DNA of 39,653 nucleotides, from assembly GCA_022866645.1 (NCBI GenBank), contig JALHUQ010000428.1, positions 1-39,653 on the forward strand, given 5' to 3'. The position numbers and the translations under genes are program-made. The stretch's first letter is position 1. Each line of letters starts with the position of its first letter. The stretch is from Woeseiaceae bacterium (lineage in GTDB: Bacteria > Pseudomonadota > Gammaproteobacteria > Steroidobacterales > Woeseiaceae). A model generated the notes under the pieces. It worked only from the letters and a program-made list of their open reading frames with translations. It was not told where the DNA came from and made no database searches. This document shows, piece by piece, positions 7,603 through 16,252 of this stretch.

Positions 7603-8883
7603 TCAGGCTGATTTTTGGCTCAGCCGCATTGATTCGTTTTCACGGCTATTCTCCTTCATTTTGAGTATTTCCTTCGCGGAGACGATCTGGTCCAGGGTGT
7701 TAACGTTGATATCCCGTATGGCACCACCTTCATTCTCCGCTTCCATTTCGGCGCGAATATCAAATTCCCAGGCCTGCAGAATTCGTTTTCGAAGCCCAAT
7801 GCTTATCTCGGACACATTCGCAACTCGCAGCGGCGATTCGAAGGTATTTTCAGGATCGATAATCGCGTGCTCCAGGTTGTACTTTGGCGTTCCGCGGCCC
7901 GGGTCCGTAGCCATCTTCGGCACGCCTGAAAGGTCGCGATCTTTGACAACCAGTATGTCGCAGTTCATCTCCGCCATGACCGGCTCGACAGTGACCGAGT
8001 TCACCAGCCTTTCCAGCCGGCCGATATTCCTGGCGCCCATTACGATCATGTCCGCTTTGACAGCCTTCGTGACCTCGGAGATCACCTTGTTCGGCGGACC
8101 TTCGCAAATGTGAACGTTGTCTATGGAAATATTGAAGTGCTTGGTAAGCGCCTTCACGGCGACGTCGTGATGTTTGACGGTCTCCGCGCGCAGATGTTGT
8201 TGGTCATCTGTCGGTACGGTGACCATTTCGGCGCCGCCGACGAGCACCGGCGTAACCGGTACCTGGTACGCATTAACCGGGTAGATCTCGGCATTGAAGG
8301 CGTCTCCGACGAACCCTGCGGTTCGAAACAGCTCGTAGTCCGCTGCCTTTGTAACGTCAGCGGAAATGCCTCCCCGATGTCCGACAGCGGCCACTACACG
8401 ATTGATGTCTTCAATGTCGTTGTTGACAAACCAAATGTGTACCGGCGAACGCCTGGCAAGCTCCCAATCCGTGTTGGTCGTTATTCCCAGATGAAAGCTG
8501 TGCTCCCGTGACTGCTTCATAACAAGATCCGGATGGGCCCGGGCCGTCTTTCTCAGAATCGCATCGACTCTTGGATGGTCCCAACGGACGTCGTAGCGCA
8601 CGTTGACGCCTTCATCTTTCAAGCGCATTGCCATCTCGGCAAGTCGCGTCGCGTCCTCGGCAGTCAGGCGGTCTCGTTCCGTTTGCCGCTCCTCGTCCGA
8701 GGTGAAAAGCCCGTGGTCCGGCCTGTCTTCATAACAGGCATGGAACATTTCGAGCTCGCAGCCGGTGATTTTGGCCAAGGAAATTGCGCGTCGAATCAGC
8801 GCAGATTCCATGGGCTTGTCGGTCTTGATCAGGTCGGGGCTTAGTATGACCAGTACTTTTTGAATGTTTGCTATTTTGGTCAT
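7603..8883 (-). CDS. Tandem universal stress protein (two UspA domains) with an extra ~110-aa C-terminal domain
   Basis: 426-aa ORF with two USP-type alpha/beta units (KVLVILSP..., VVAAVGH...IVMGARNIGRLERLVNSVTVEPVMAEMNCDILVVK) and an unassigned C-terminal tail. AGGAGAG lies 6 nt upstream of ATG 8883. Confidence 0.8.
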   Translation of the reverse strand: MTKIANIQKVLVILSPDLIKTDKPMESALIRRAISLAKITGCELEMFHACYEDRPDHGLFTSDEERQTERDRLTAEDATRLAEMAMRLKDEGVNVRYDVRWDHPRVDAILRKTARAHPDLVMKQSREHSFHLGITTNTDWELARRSPVHIWFVNNDIEDINRVVAAVGHRGGISADVTKAADYELFRTAGFVGDAFNAEIYPVNAYQVPVTPVLVGGAEMVTVPTDDQQHLRAETVKHHDVAVKALTKHFNISIDNVHICEGPPNKVISEVTKAVKADMIVMGARNIGRLERLVNSVTVEPVMAEMNCDILVVKDRDLSGVPKMATDPGRGTPKYNLEHAIIDPENTFESPLRVANVSEISIGLRKRILQAWEFDIRAEMEAENEGGAIRDINVNTLDQIVSAKEILKMKENSRENESMRLSQKSA

Positions 8884-8915
8884 TGAAACTCTCCTGTTGG
8901 CAGTTCCGAAGTGGG

Positions 8916-8949
8916 TAAGTACTTTATCAAACTAAGTACTTATGGTCAA
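8916..8949 (-). promoter_or_regulatory. Putative sigma70 promoter of the USP operon with two overlapping palindromic operator sites
   Basis: On the minus strand: TTGACC (8949-8944), 17-nt spacer, TAAAGT (8926-8921). Palindrome TAAGTACTTA (8933-8942) sits in the spacer. TAAGTACTTT (8916-8925) overlaps the -10 and start-site region. The two site centres are 17 bp apart. Confidence 0.5.
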
Positions 8950-9027
8950 ATCTCCGGCTGCGCTTCCTGGCATATACTGTATTTCGCCCGAGAAAAACGC
9001 TTTTTTAGTAATGTTTATAATAAGTTA

Positions 9028-9056
9028 TTGACCGTCCGCAAAAGGCGTCGTATATT
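9028..9056 (+). promoter_or_regulatory. Putative sigma70 promoter of the MarR gene
   Basis: TTGACC (9028-9033), 17-nt spacer, TATATT (9051-9056). AGGAG at 9114-9118 lies 9 nt before ATG 9128. Confidence 0.5.
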
Positions 9057-9127
9057 GCTTTGGCGGGAAAATAATTTAATTAGAAAAGTATATTCGGGCG
9101 CAGTTCGAGTAGCAGGAGCAAAAGATT

Positions 9128-9628
9128 ATGGAAAGTCGATCTCAGACCGCGCTGGTCGCGTTACGGCGCATCCTGCGAGTCACGGAACTCAATGCGCGCA
9201 AGCTGGCTGACCGGTCGGAACTGACGGCATCGCAGCTGCTCGTCATGCAACACGCAGGCCACGCGGGGAAGGCCCTCCCAAGCGCGATCGCGAAGGCGGT
9301 TGATCTGAAGCAGGCGACCGTAACCGTGTTGCTTAACAAACTTGAACAAGCAGGACTCGTCACCCGGCGGCGCGATACCGAAGACCGGCGACGCGTATGG
9401 ATTGAATTGACCGATGCGGGCCAGGGCGCCCTGGACCGGTCTCCCGATCTGTTACAGAACCGGTTTGAACGAGGCTTCGACAACCTGGAAGGCTGGGAAC
9501 AGGCGATGATGATATCGACGCTGGAAAGAGTCGCAATGCTGCTCGACGCAGAAGAACTCGAGGCGGCGCCCATTTTGGACATCGGTGATCTGGACCGTAT
9601 TGTTGATGAATATACTGGCAAAAAGTGA
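9128..9628 (+). CDS. MarR family transcriptional regulator
   Basis: 166 aa with a winged-HTH core (LTASQLLVMQHAG...ATVTVLLNKLEQAGLVTRRRDTEDRRRVWIELTDAG). Confidence 0.85.
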   Translation: MESRSQTALVALRRILRVTELNARKLADRSELTASQLLVMQHAGHAGKALPSAIAKAVDLKQATVTVLLNKLEQAGLVTRRRDTEDRRRVWIELTDAGQGALDRSPDLLQNRFERGFDNLEGWEQAMMISTLERVAMLLDAEELEAAPILDIGDLDRIVDEYTGKK

Positions 9629-9807
9629 CAACCAAATTAGTGCCGGCTCCAAAATCGTGCCAATACGAATAGACCGCAACCCCCTTCCACGACTACGTAT
9701 TTTGCTCATGTCGATGGAGTGATGAGATACCCCGGTCCTCTTGCTACGCGTCCGCGTTGGCAGGATGACTGCCGTGGTAACGATCTAAAACGATCAAGGA
9801 GACCATC

Positions 9808-10521
9808 ATGAAACGTTCATCGCTCATTTGGGCAACCGCAATATTGGGAGCGTCGATTGCAGGACCCGCCTGTGCGCACGAAGCCGGCGACTGGATACTG
9901 CGCGCCGGTGTCGGCACCGTCATGCCGAAAAATGACAACCTTACACTTCCGGAAATCACGATCGACCCGTTGACGGTCAACGCCGTCGTGCAGGTCGATG
10001 ACGCCGTAAGCCTGACACTGACAGCCACGTACATGTTCACCGAGAACTGGGCCTTCGATATCCTCGCGGCCTGGCCGTTCGAGCACGACATCGACCTGGA
10101 TGCGACGATATCCGACGGTGTCACGACCGAGAGCGGCAGCGTGCCGTTCGGTAAAGTCGAACATCTGCCACCGACGTTTTCCGTGCAGTATCACTTTTCG
10201 CCGGATGCGAAATTCCAACCCTTCGTTGGCCTTGGCGTGAACTACACGACGTTTCTGTCCGAAGATCTTTCGCAGGACATTATTGATGCCGGCATCGTCG
10301 ACTTTTCACTCGATGATTCTTTCGGTGTTGCCGCCCAGGTCGGTGCCGACTGGATGCTGAACGATCGTGCGTTGGTTAATTTCGACGTTCGCTGGATCAA
10401 CATTGAATCGGACCTTTCTGCAACGATCGACGACGGCATCAGCGCGCCGGCAACGGCTACATTGGGTACGGTGAAAATTGATCCCTGGGTTATTGCTGTG
10501 AACTTTGGGTATAAGTTTTAG
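9808..10521 (+). CDS. ompW: OmpW family outer-membrane protein
   Basis: Signal peptide ending ACA-HEAG. Collinear with E. coli OmpW throughout (HEAGDW..RAG, HLPPTFSVQYHF, FQPFVGLGVNYTTF, DPWVIAVNFGYKF). AAGGAGA precedes the ATG. Confidence 0.9.
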   Translation: MKRSSLIWATAILGASIAGPACAHEAGDWILRAGVGTVMPKNDNLTLPEITIDPLTVNAVVQVDDAVSLTLTATYMFTENWAFDILAAWPFEHDIDLDATISDGVTTESGSVPFGKVEHLPPTFSVQYHFSPDAKFQPFVGLGVNYTTFLSEDLSQDIIDAGIVDFSLDDSFGVAAQVGADWMLNDRALVNFDVRWINIESDLSATIDDGISAPATATLGTVKIDPWVIAVNFGYKF

Positions 10522-10574
10522 GCAGGTAGCAGATTGTAAAACCGGATGAGGGCGAGAATCTATGCGCGGATGAA

Positions 10575-10624
10575 TTAATTATGCGTTTATATTGACATAA
10601 AAGGCAATACACACGCATAATTAA
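10575..10624 (+). promoter_or_regulatory. Putative promoter of the AbiE pair, framed by a perfect 12-bp inverted repeat (operator candidate)
   Basis: TTAATTATGCGT (10575-10586) pairs with ACGCATAATTAA (10613-10624). TTGACA (10592-10597), 18-nt spacer, CATAAT (10616-10621). ATG at 10627 has no Shine-Dalgarno. Confidence 0.5.
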
Positions 10625-10626
10625 CC

Positions 10627-11400
10627 ATGTTTTCGGATATCCAGCTTCGCGAGGTCTTCCACTTCAGCTTCCTGCATCGGCTGCTGAAGATTTCAGATAT
10701 TGACCTCTATGTCTTAAAGGGCGGCATCAACCTGCGCCTCTTTTTTGGCAGCCCCAGGTACTCGGAAGACATGGACCTGGACGTTGTCGCCGGCAGCGTT
10801 GCTACACTCAAAAAGAACGGCTACAAGATCCTCGAAGACGCTTCGTTCCTGCGCAGTTTGCGCGTATTCGATATTGATGCAATCGACGTGAACGATCCCG
10901 CCAAAGCCAAGCACACGGAGACCACGCAGCGATTCGGATGCTCGCTGGTTCGTGGCTCCGGCGTGCGCCTTCCCACACGAGTGGAGTTTTCGCGCCGGGC
11001 CGATGACCCTGGTGATGCAGCCGACATCGAACTACTCGATGCTGCCATTGCCCGGCCCTATCGCAAACTGGCGTTTCGATGCCGTCACTACGGCGGTAGC
11101 GCCGCGATCGTGCAGAAGGTTCATGCGCTGGCGGGCCGTGCGGTGACCCAGGCACGGGACGTGTTCGATCTCGGCATACTGATCCGTGGTGGACACCTCG
11201 GCACGGCGGTCACCGAAGGCGCGCTCAAGGGCGCACCCGTGCAAGCTGCCATCGACTGCCTGATGGGACTCGGCTGGGAGGACTACGACGGACAGGTCGT
11301 GCAATACCTCGATGGCGATAGCCGCAAGGAATTCGGTCACCGCGATGGCTGGATGACGCTGCAAAACATCGTGTTCGAAGCGCTGCAAGATCATGCTTGA
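10627..11400 (+). CDS. Nucleotidyltransferase AbiEii/AbiGii toxin family protein (DUF1814, type IV TA / abortive infection)
   Basis: 257 aa with the N-terminal signature LKGGINLRLFFGSPRYSEDMDLDV (KGG ... R.S.D.D). Confidence 0.75.
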   Translation: MFSDIQLREVFHFSFLHRLLKISDIDLYVLKGGINLRLFFGSPRYSEDMDLDVVAGSVATLKKNGYKILEDASFLRSLRVFDIDAIDVNDPAKAKHTETTQRFGCSLVRGSGVRLPTRVEFSRRADDPGDAADIELLDAAIARPYRKLAFRCRHYGGSAAIVQKVHALAGRAVTQARDVFDLGILIRGGHLGTAVTEGALKGAPVQAAIDCLMGLGWEDYDGQVVQYLDGDSRKEFGHRDGWMTLQNIVFEALQDHA

Positions 11401-12001
11401 GCTCAACAGCAGCCCGGAGTTCGTCATATTCACCACGCGCGACTACGCGACGGCCGGCGGCACTTCCATGTCGTCGGCGTCGCGACGCCTGGACAGGCTG
11501 TCAGAACGCAAAGCCCTTACCCGCCTGACCAAGGGTGTCTGGGCCAATACAGCGCATCCGCACTTTCATCCGCTCGCCTGTGTGCCCTACCTGCTGGGCA
11601 AAGAACAGGGGTATGTCTCTTTTCTTAGCGCGTTGCACCTGCATGGCGTCCTGTCGCAGATTCCGCGTACCCACCAGGTTGCAACGACGGGCCGGCCCCG
11701 CGTGCTCGAATCGCCGGTTGGCAGGTTCGAGTTCCTGAGAGTCAAGCCGGAACTCATGCGCGATGGGGTCGACTGGAGTGACACGCATCAACCCTTCCTG
11801 ATCGCATCAGCCGAGAAGGCGCTGCTCGACACACTTTATATAGCCACGCGAAAGAGCAAGCGGTTTGCGAGCCTGCCCGAGCTTGATCTGGACAACGGGT
11901 TTCGTCGTCGGGAATTTGAGCGGCTACTGAAGCAACTGGCGTACCCGGTACGCATACGATCTGCCATGGCCTCACGCTGGAGGCAGTTGAAGGACAGATG
12001 A
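11393..12001 (+). CDS. AbiEi-family antitoxin-like transcriptional regulator
   Basis: 202 aa with a winged-helix-like N-terminus (FTTRDYA...SASRRLDRLSERKALTRLTKGVWAN) followed by a YVSFLSALHLHGVLSQIP block typical of AbiEi/COG5340-type proteins. Its ATG overlaps the toxin stop by 8 nt. Confidence 0.65.
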   Translation: MLELNSSPEFVIFTTRDYATAGGTSMSSASRRLDRLSERKALTRLTKGVWANTAHPHFHPLACVPYLLGKEQGYVSFLSALHLHGVLSQIPRTHQVATTGRPRVLESPVGRFEFLRVKPELMRDGVDWSDTHQPFLIASAEKALLDTLYIATRKSKRFASLPELDLDNGFRRREFERLLKQLAYPVRIRSAMASRWRQLKDR

Positions 12002-12032
12002 TTCGGGCAAGGTGTTAACTATCCAGCGAACC

Positions 12033-13298
12033 CTACCGCGATAGCTTAGCTACAAAATCCTCAATCGCAGCCAAAGCAGCAACGACATTCGGTGCAGCCC
12101 GAGCGACAAACTCATCCGCATTCTTGCCAAGCGCAGGCCAAAGCTCGAGCGCCGTCTTGCCATCGTAATCGCAACCGGACAATCGAAGGCACAGCTTATC
12201 GGGGCGTTCGCCAAATGAACTTCCGGCGAGCGTGGCGACTCCGTGTTCATCCAGTAATCGATGCGCCAGTTCGTCCGACGTGCCGCACACGTCTCCGAGC
12301 TGCTTCGTGAAATCGGGCCAGTTATAGAACCCGCCCTGTGGCGTGTGACATTCGGCGCCGAGCGCGCGCAGTTTCCCCGCGATATACCGATTGACGCAAG
12401 CGTGGATATCGGTGCTCGTTCGAACGAAGTCTTCGATATCCGCATGCTCCTGGTAGGCGTCGATCGCCGCATACTGTATGGGCGTCGAGACGCAGGACCA
12501 GGTTTCGCTGGCGACACGACACATGTCATCGAACAATCCGGTCGCGGCTTTCGGAATCAGTGAAACACCCAGGCGCCAGCCGCCGACCGAGAGATGTTTC
12601 GAAAGGCCCGTCGTAATAACCGTAGACTCCGGCAAGTGGCTTGCAACAGTTCGGTAACGGTGGTCGTACGCAAGACGTCCGTAGATCTCGTCCGCGATCA
12701 GAATAATTTTCTCCGCTCGACAAACCTCGGCGATCGATGCCAGTGCCGCGTCGCTAGCCGTAAGACCGGTAGGATTACTCGGATAGTTGAGTATCATTTT
12801 GCTTGGCGCCAAACCGTTCGCTCGCGCCTGGACTATGGCCTGTCGCAGGACCCCTGCGTCCATAGACAGCCCTGTCTCTGACAGTTCGAGCTCGACAGGA
12901 ATGACGTTCTGCTTGAGCAACGCGGCCTGCGGCGCATAGCTGACCCACGAGGGAACGGGTAGCAGGACGTCGCCAGGAATACACATTTGCAGGGCGAACA
13001 ACAAGGTCTTGCTGCCCGGCCCAACCATGACATCGTAGTCATCAGTATTAATGCCAGCGAGTCGCGCGTAGTGCTCTGCGACGACCGCTCGAAGTGCGGG
13101 CAGGCCGGCAACCGGCAGGTAACGCTTTTGTGCCGAATGCTCTCGAAGTGCATTCACGAGCCGCGGGTGTGCGGGAAAGGGTGCTTCGCCGAATCCCATG
13201 TGAAAAACTGTGCGCCCGCTATCGCGCATTTGCACGACGAGCTCGTTCATCGCCAGCGTCGATGAGACATCGTCTCGCCGCATTTTCGCACTACTCAT
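12033..13298 (-). CDS. PLP-dependent aminotransferase, class I/II
   Basis: 421 aa with NYPSNPTG, the PLP-lysine context GLSKHLSVGGWRLG, and ADEIYGRL. Confidence 0.85.
   Translation of the reverse strand: MSSAKMRRDDVSSTLAMNELVVQMRDSGRTVFHMGFGEAPFPAHPRLVNALREHSAQKRYLPVAGLPALRAVVAEHYARLAGINTDDYDVMVGPGSKTLLFALQMCIPGDVLLPVPSWVSYAPQAALLKQNVIPVELELSETGLSMDAGVLRQAIVQARANGLAPSKMILNYPSNPTGLTASDAALASIAEVCRAEKIILIADEIYGRLAYDHRYRTVASHLPESTVITTGLSKHLSVGGWRLGVSLIPKAATGLFDDMCRVASETWSCVSTPIQYAAIDAYQEHADIEDFVRTSTDIHACVNRYIAGKLRALGAECHTPQGGFYNWPDFTKQLGDVCGTSDELAHRLLDEHGVATLAGSSFGERPDKLCLRLSGCDYDGKTALELWPALGKNADEFVARAAPNVVAALAAIEDFVAKLSR
12760..12812 (-). repeat. 53-nt direct repeat, copy B (inside the intact aminotransferase; partner 4504-4556)
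   Basis: See copy A: 49/53 identity. Confidence 0.9.
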
Positions 13299-14488
13299 TG
13301 TTGCTGTACTCCCGCAACGTTACTGTACTCCTGCAACACCCGGATCACTTCATCCACGGGAATCGCGCTCAGGCGGCCCCTGGAGCTCTCAACGGTCGTG
13401 GCTCGCAACAATGCGTTGTAAACAGCCTCTTCCGTGGCATCAACGACTGCTGTAAAGAGCGGGTTCATCGACGAGTTCAGCAGTGTCGGAGCAAGTACCG
13501 GTTCCTGACTTTCACGCACTCTGCGCACCGATGCATTGGTCGAAAACGCGATGACGTAGTCGCCTGATCCGTTTTCGGCAACAGAGCCCGTGCGGGCAAT
13601 GCCCAACATGGAACGCATGGCAAGGCGAGCAAGCGTTCGCGTGTCGAGTGGAGCGTCGGTGGCGACCACCATCATGATCGATCCATCCTGTTTGGAGAAC
13701 GCGTTGTCTGAACTGGCCGCATAGGCGTTCTTGTAAGCGTAGTGGTCGAGCGCACGGCCAACGGGCACACCGTTCATGCGCAGCGTTGCCCCCGCCAGTA
13801 GATTACTTTGCACGAGTACGCCAACGGTGTATCCACCCAGCGCTTCGGGCAACACCCGAGAGCTCGTGCCTATCCCGCCTTTCCAGTGATAGGTTTGCGC
13901 GCCGGTGCCGCCGCCAATACTGCCTTCGGCAACCGGGCCGCCGGTCGCGTTGTTCAAGGCCGAAAACACATGTTCGCGGCGAATCGGTGCGGCCCACATA
14001 TTGTTGACGACCGAATCATTAATCTCACCCACGACCGGGTTGACCGTGTGCTCGCCCATGCCAGGCTGCTCGTACATCCAATCCTTGAGTGCGTCCGCCG
14101 CACGCCAAACACACAAAGTGCATGTCAGGAGTATCGGCGTTTCCAGCTCGCCAAACTCGAGTAGCTGCGTTGAGCCAATTAACTTGCCGTAACCATTGCC
14201 AACATGGATCCAGGCAGGAATCGGATGGGTATAGAGATTGCCGTCTGCCGGAATGATGGCCGTCACGCCGGTGCGAATATCGTCGCCTTCTATGACGGTC
14301 GTGTGGCCAACTCTGACGCCGGCGACGTCGGTAATCGCATTGTTCGGCCCTGGAGAGAATTCGCCAACAATAATTCCGATGTCACGCGCTCTCGGCCGCT
14401 CCTGGGTTTCAGCAGCACTCGCCAATGAGCAACAGAATGTGAGCGGCAGGAATACGGTCAAGCTGTAGATCGAAATTGAGCGTTTCAT
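13295..14488 (-). CDS. P1/S58 (DmpA-type) family aminopeptidase, secreted
   Basis: ORF 13295..14548. Start at ATG 14488 gives the signal peptide MKRSISIYSLTVFLPLTFCCSLASA. DmpA-like blocks are NAITDVAGVRVGHTTV, RTGVTAI and GSIGGGTGAQTYHWKGGIGTSS. An ATGA overlap joins it to the aminotransferase start. Confidence 0.8.
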   Translation of the reverse strand: MKRSISIYSLTVFLPLTFCCSLASAAETQERPRARDIGIIVGEFSPGPNNAITDVAGVRVGHTTVIEGDDIRTGVTAIIPADGNLYTHPIPAWIHVGNGYGKLIGSTQLLEFGELETPILLTCTLCVWRAADALKDWMYEQPGMGEHTVNPVVGEINDSVVNNMWAAPIRREHVFSALNNATGGPVAEGSIGGGTGAQTYHWKGGIGTSSRVLPEALGGYTVGVLVQSNLLAGATLRMNGVPVGRALDHYAYKNAYAASSDNAFSKQDGSIMMVVATDAPLDTRTLARLAMRSMLGIARTGSVAENGSGDYVIAFSTNASVRRVRESQEPVLAPTLLNSSMNPLFTAVVDATEEAVYNALLRATTVESSRGRLSAIPVDEVIRVLQEYSNVAGVQQQ

Positions 14489-15077
14489 GCGGTCACTGTA
14501 CGTTAGGGATGCAACTATGCAAAGCGCGGCTGTGCGAACAGGCCACACTCACCCCCGCGGTGTATGACGAACTGCGAAGCATGGCGAAGCGAGGAATCCA
14601 CCGAATCAGGACGCACGAAGTGCGCCCGAAGGGTGAGGATCAGCCAGAGCTGATCCGAGTCTATCGAACCACCGACACGCGGATTTTCAGTCGGCTCGAT
14701 TGGACAGCGCTCTTCAGAAAATCAATGAGATACATTTTTTTCGTTGGGTTAGCGCCCGTATGTACCTGTTAAATGCCTGTGCCCGAATCACGTTGGGCAC
14801 AAAACTGGCACATTCCATGCCAGCCTGATTTTGATGGTTGGCCGTAATAAAGTTTCAAACTCGACGCCATGCCGAGAGACTCTCAGCGGCCAGAACTTGC
14901 CCTGTTAATTTGCGTGCTGGATTGACGCTATTTTGCAACCTTGAAATGACTCGTCTCAAGCAAGACGTATGGTAACTTTTTCAAAGAATTTGGAAGAGAC
15001 AGATGGGTCATTCGTCGATGCAAAAAATGGCCACTTCTTGCTCAATCTTCGGTGCAAATCAACACTCAGGTCATGAA

Positions 15078-15101
15078 TTGACAGGCCCACCAGCCTGTCA
15101 A
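15078..15101 (-). terminator. Hairpin ~130 nt downstream of moaA (weak terminator candidate)
   Basis: TTGACAGGC (15078-15086), loop CCACCA, GCCTGTCAA (15093-15101). Only a poor T-run follows on the minus strand. Confidence 0.25.
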
Positions 15102-15231
15102 CCCGAACATCCCAGGATAATTCGTTGAATCGAATTTGTTGAGCAGAGGCGGACCGATTCGCGGAGGAAGCAGGAGAAAGAGGTCGGCGGGCGACTACAG
15201 TGTACCGGAACGGAAGACATCAGATCGCCGG

Positions 15232-16248
15232 CTAGCCGCCGATATAGTACATCTCCATTTTCTGAATTTCGCGGCCTTCCCGGCGCAGCGCAGCACGTTG
15301 CTCGCTATATCGGTCCGCGCGCCGCGTCCAAACCTGCCGGATGATATCGGCGAGTTCTTCGTCATTGGCTCCGTCTCGCAGCGGCTGGCGCAGGTCGGTG
15401 CCCACTGTTGCAAAAAGGCAGGTGAACAGCTGGCCGTCGGATGACAGCCGCGCACGGTGGCAACTTCCGCAGAACGGTTCGGTCACTGACGAAATGAAAC
15501 CGATCTCACCGGCGTCATCCTCGTACACATGACGGGTGGCTACCTCGCCATCGTAATTGCTGCGTACTTCCCTCAACGGCCAACGCTCTGCTATGCGCTC
15601 GCGCAACTCGGCCGATGGCACGGTATCGGTTTCCTTCCAGTGATTGATGTTGCCGACGTCCATGAATTCGATCAGGCGCACGATGACGCCCGAGCCGCGA
15701 AACCGCTGCAGCAGCTCGGGTACGGCATGGTCGTTGACACCGCGCTGCACGACCGCGTTGATTTTGATCGGAGTGAGATCCGCTTCGAGTGCGGCATTGA
15801 TGCCTTCGAAGACGCGGTCCACGCTCCCGCGGCCGCCGTTCATCCGCCGGAACGTCCTCTCGTCGAGTGCATCGAGGCTGACAGTCACGCGATCCAGACC
15901 TGCCGCCTTCAGCCCCGCCGCGTGTTGAGCCAGCAGGATGCCGTTGGTGGTCAGCGCGACCTCCTCGATGCCCGGCAGCGCGCGCAGATCGCCGATCAGG
16001 TCCGCAAGCGCCGGTCGCAGCAACGGCTCCCCGCCCGTAATGCGCAGCTTGCGAACGCCGGCCGAGGCGAACAGGCGCGTGAGGCGCACGATCTCGCTGA
16101 ACTTCAGCCGCTGGTCGGTCGGCAGGAACTTGAAATTTCGATGATACTTTTCTTCGGGCATACAATAGGTGCACCGAAAATTGCACCGGTCCGTCACCGA
16201 GATACGGAGATCGCGCAGACCGCGCCCCATTCGATCGACCGAAGGCAT
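15232..16248 (-). CDS. moaA: GTP 3',8-cyclase MoaA (radical SAM)
   Basis: LRISVTDRCNFRCTYCMP radical-SAM motif, a C-terminal CGSCHRARLSSDG cluster motif, and a terminal GG. Confidence 0.95.
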   Translation of the reverse strand: MPSVDRMGRGLRDLRISVTDRCNFRCTYCMPEEKYHRNFKFLPTDQRLKFSEIVRLTRLFASAGVRKLRITGGEPLLRPALADLIGDLRALPGIEEVALTTNGILLAQHAAGLKAAGLDRVTVSLDALDERTFRRMNGGRGSVDRVFEGINAALEADLTPIKINAVVQRGVNDHAVPELLQRFRGSGVIVRLIEFMDVGNINHWKETDTVPSAELRERIAERWPLREVRSNYDGEVATRHVYEDDAGEIGFISSVTEPFCGSCHRARLSSDGQLFTCLFATVGTDLRQPLRDGANDEELADIIRQVWTRRADRYSEQRAALRREGREIQKMEMYYIGG

Positions 16249-16252
16249 GGAA

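Noticed and set aside
15003-15128. 41-codon ORF (MGHSSMQKMATSCSIFGANQHSGHELTGPPACQPEHPRIIR) with a weak GGAAGAG upstream, in the long spacer.
   Set aside because: It is short, has no recognisable family, has atypical composition, and overlaps the hairpin at 15078-15101. It is kept only as a note within the spacer finding.
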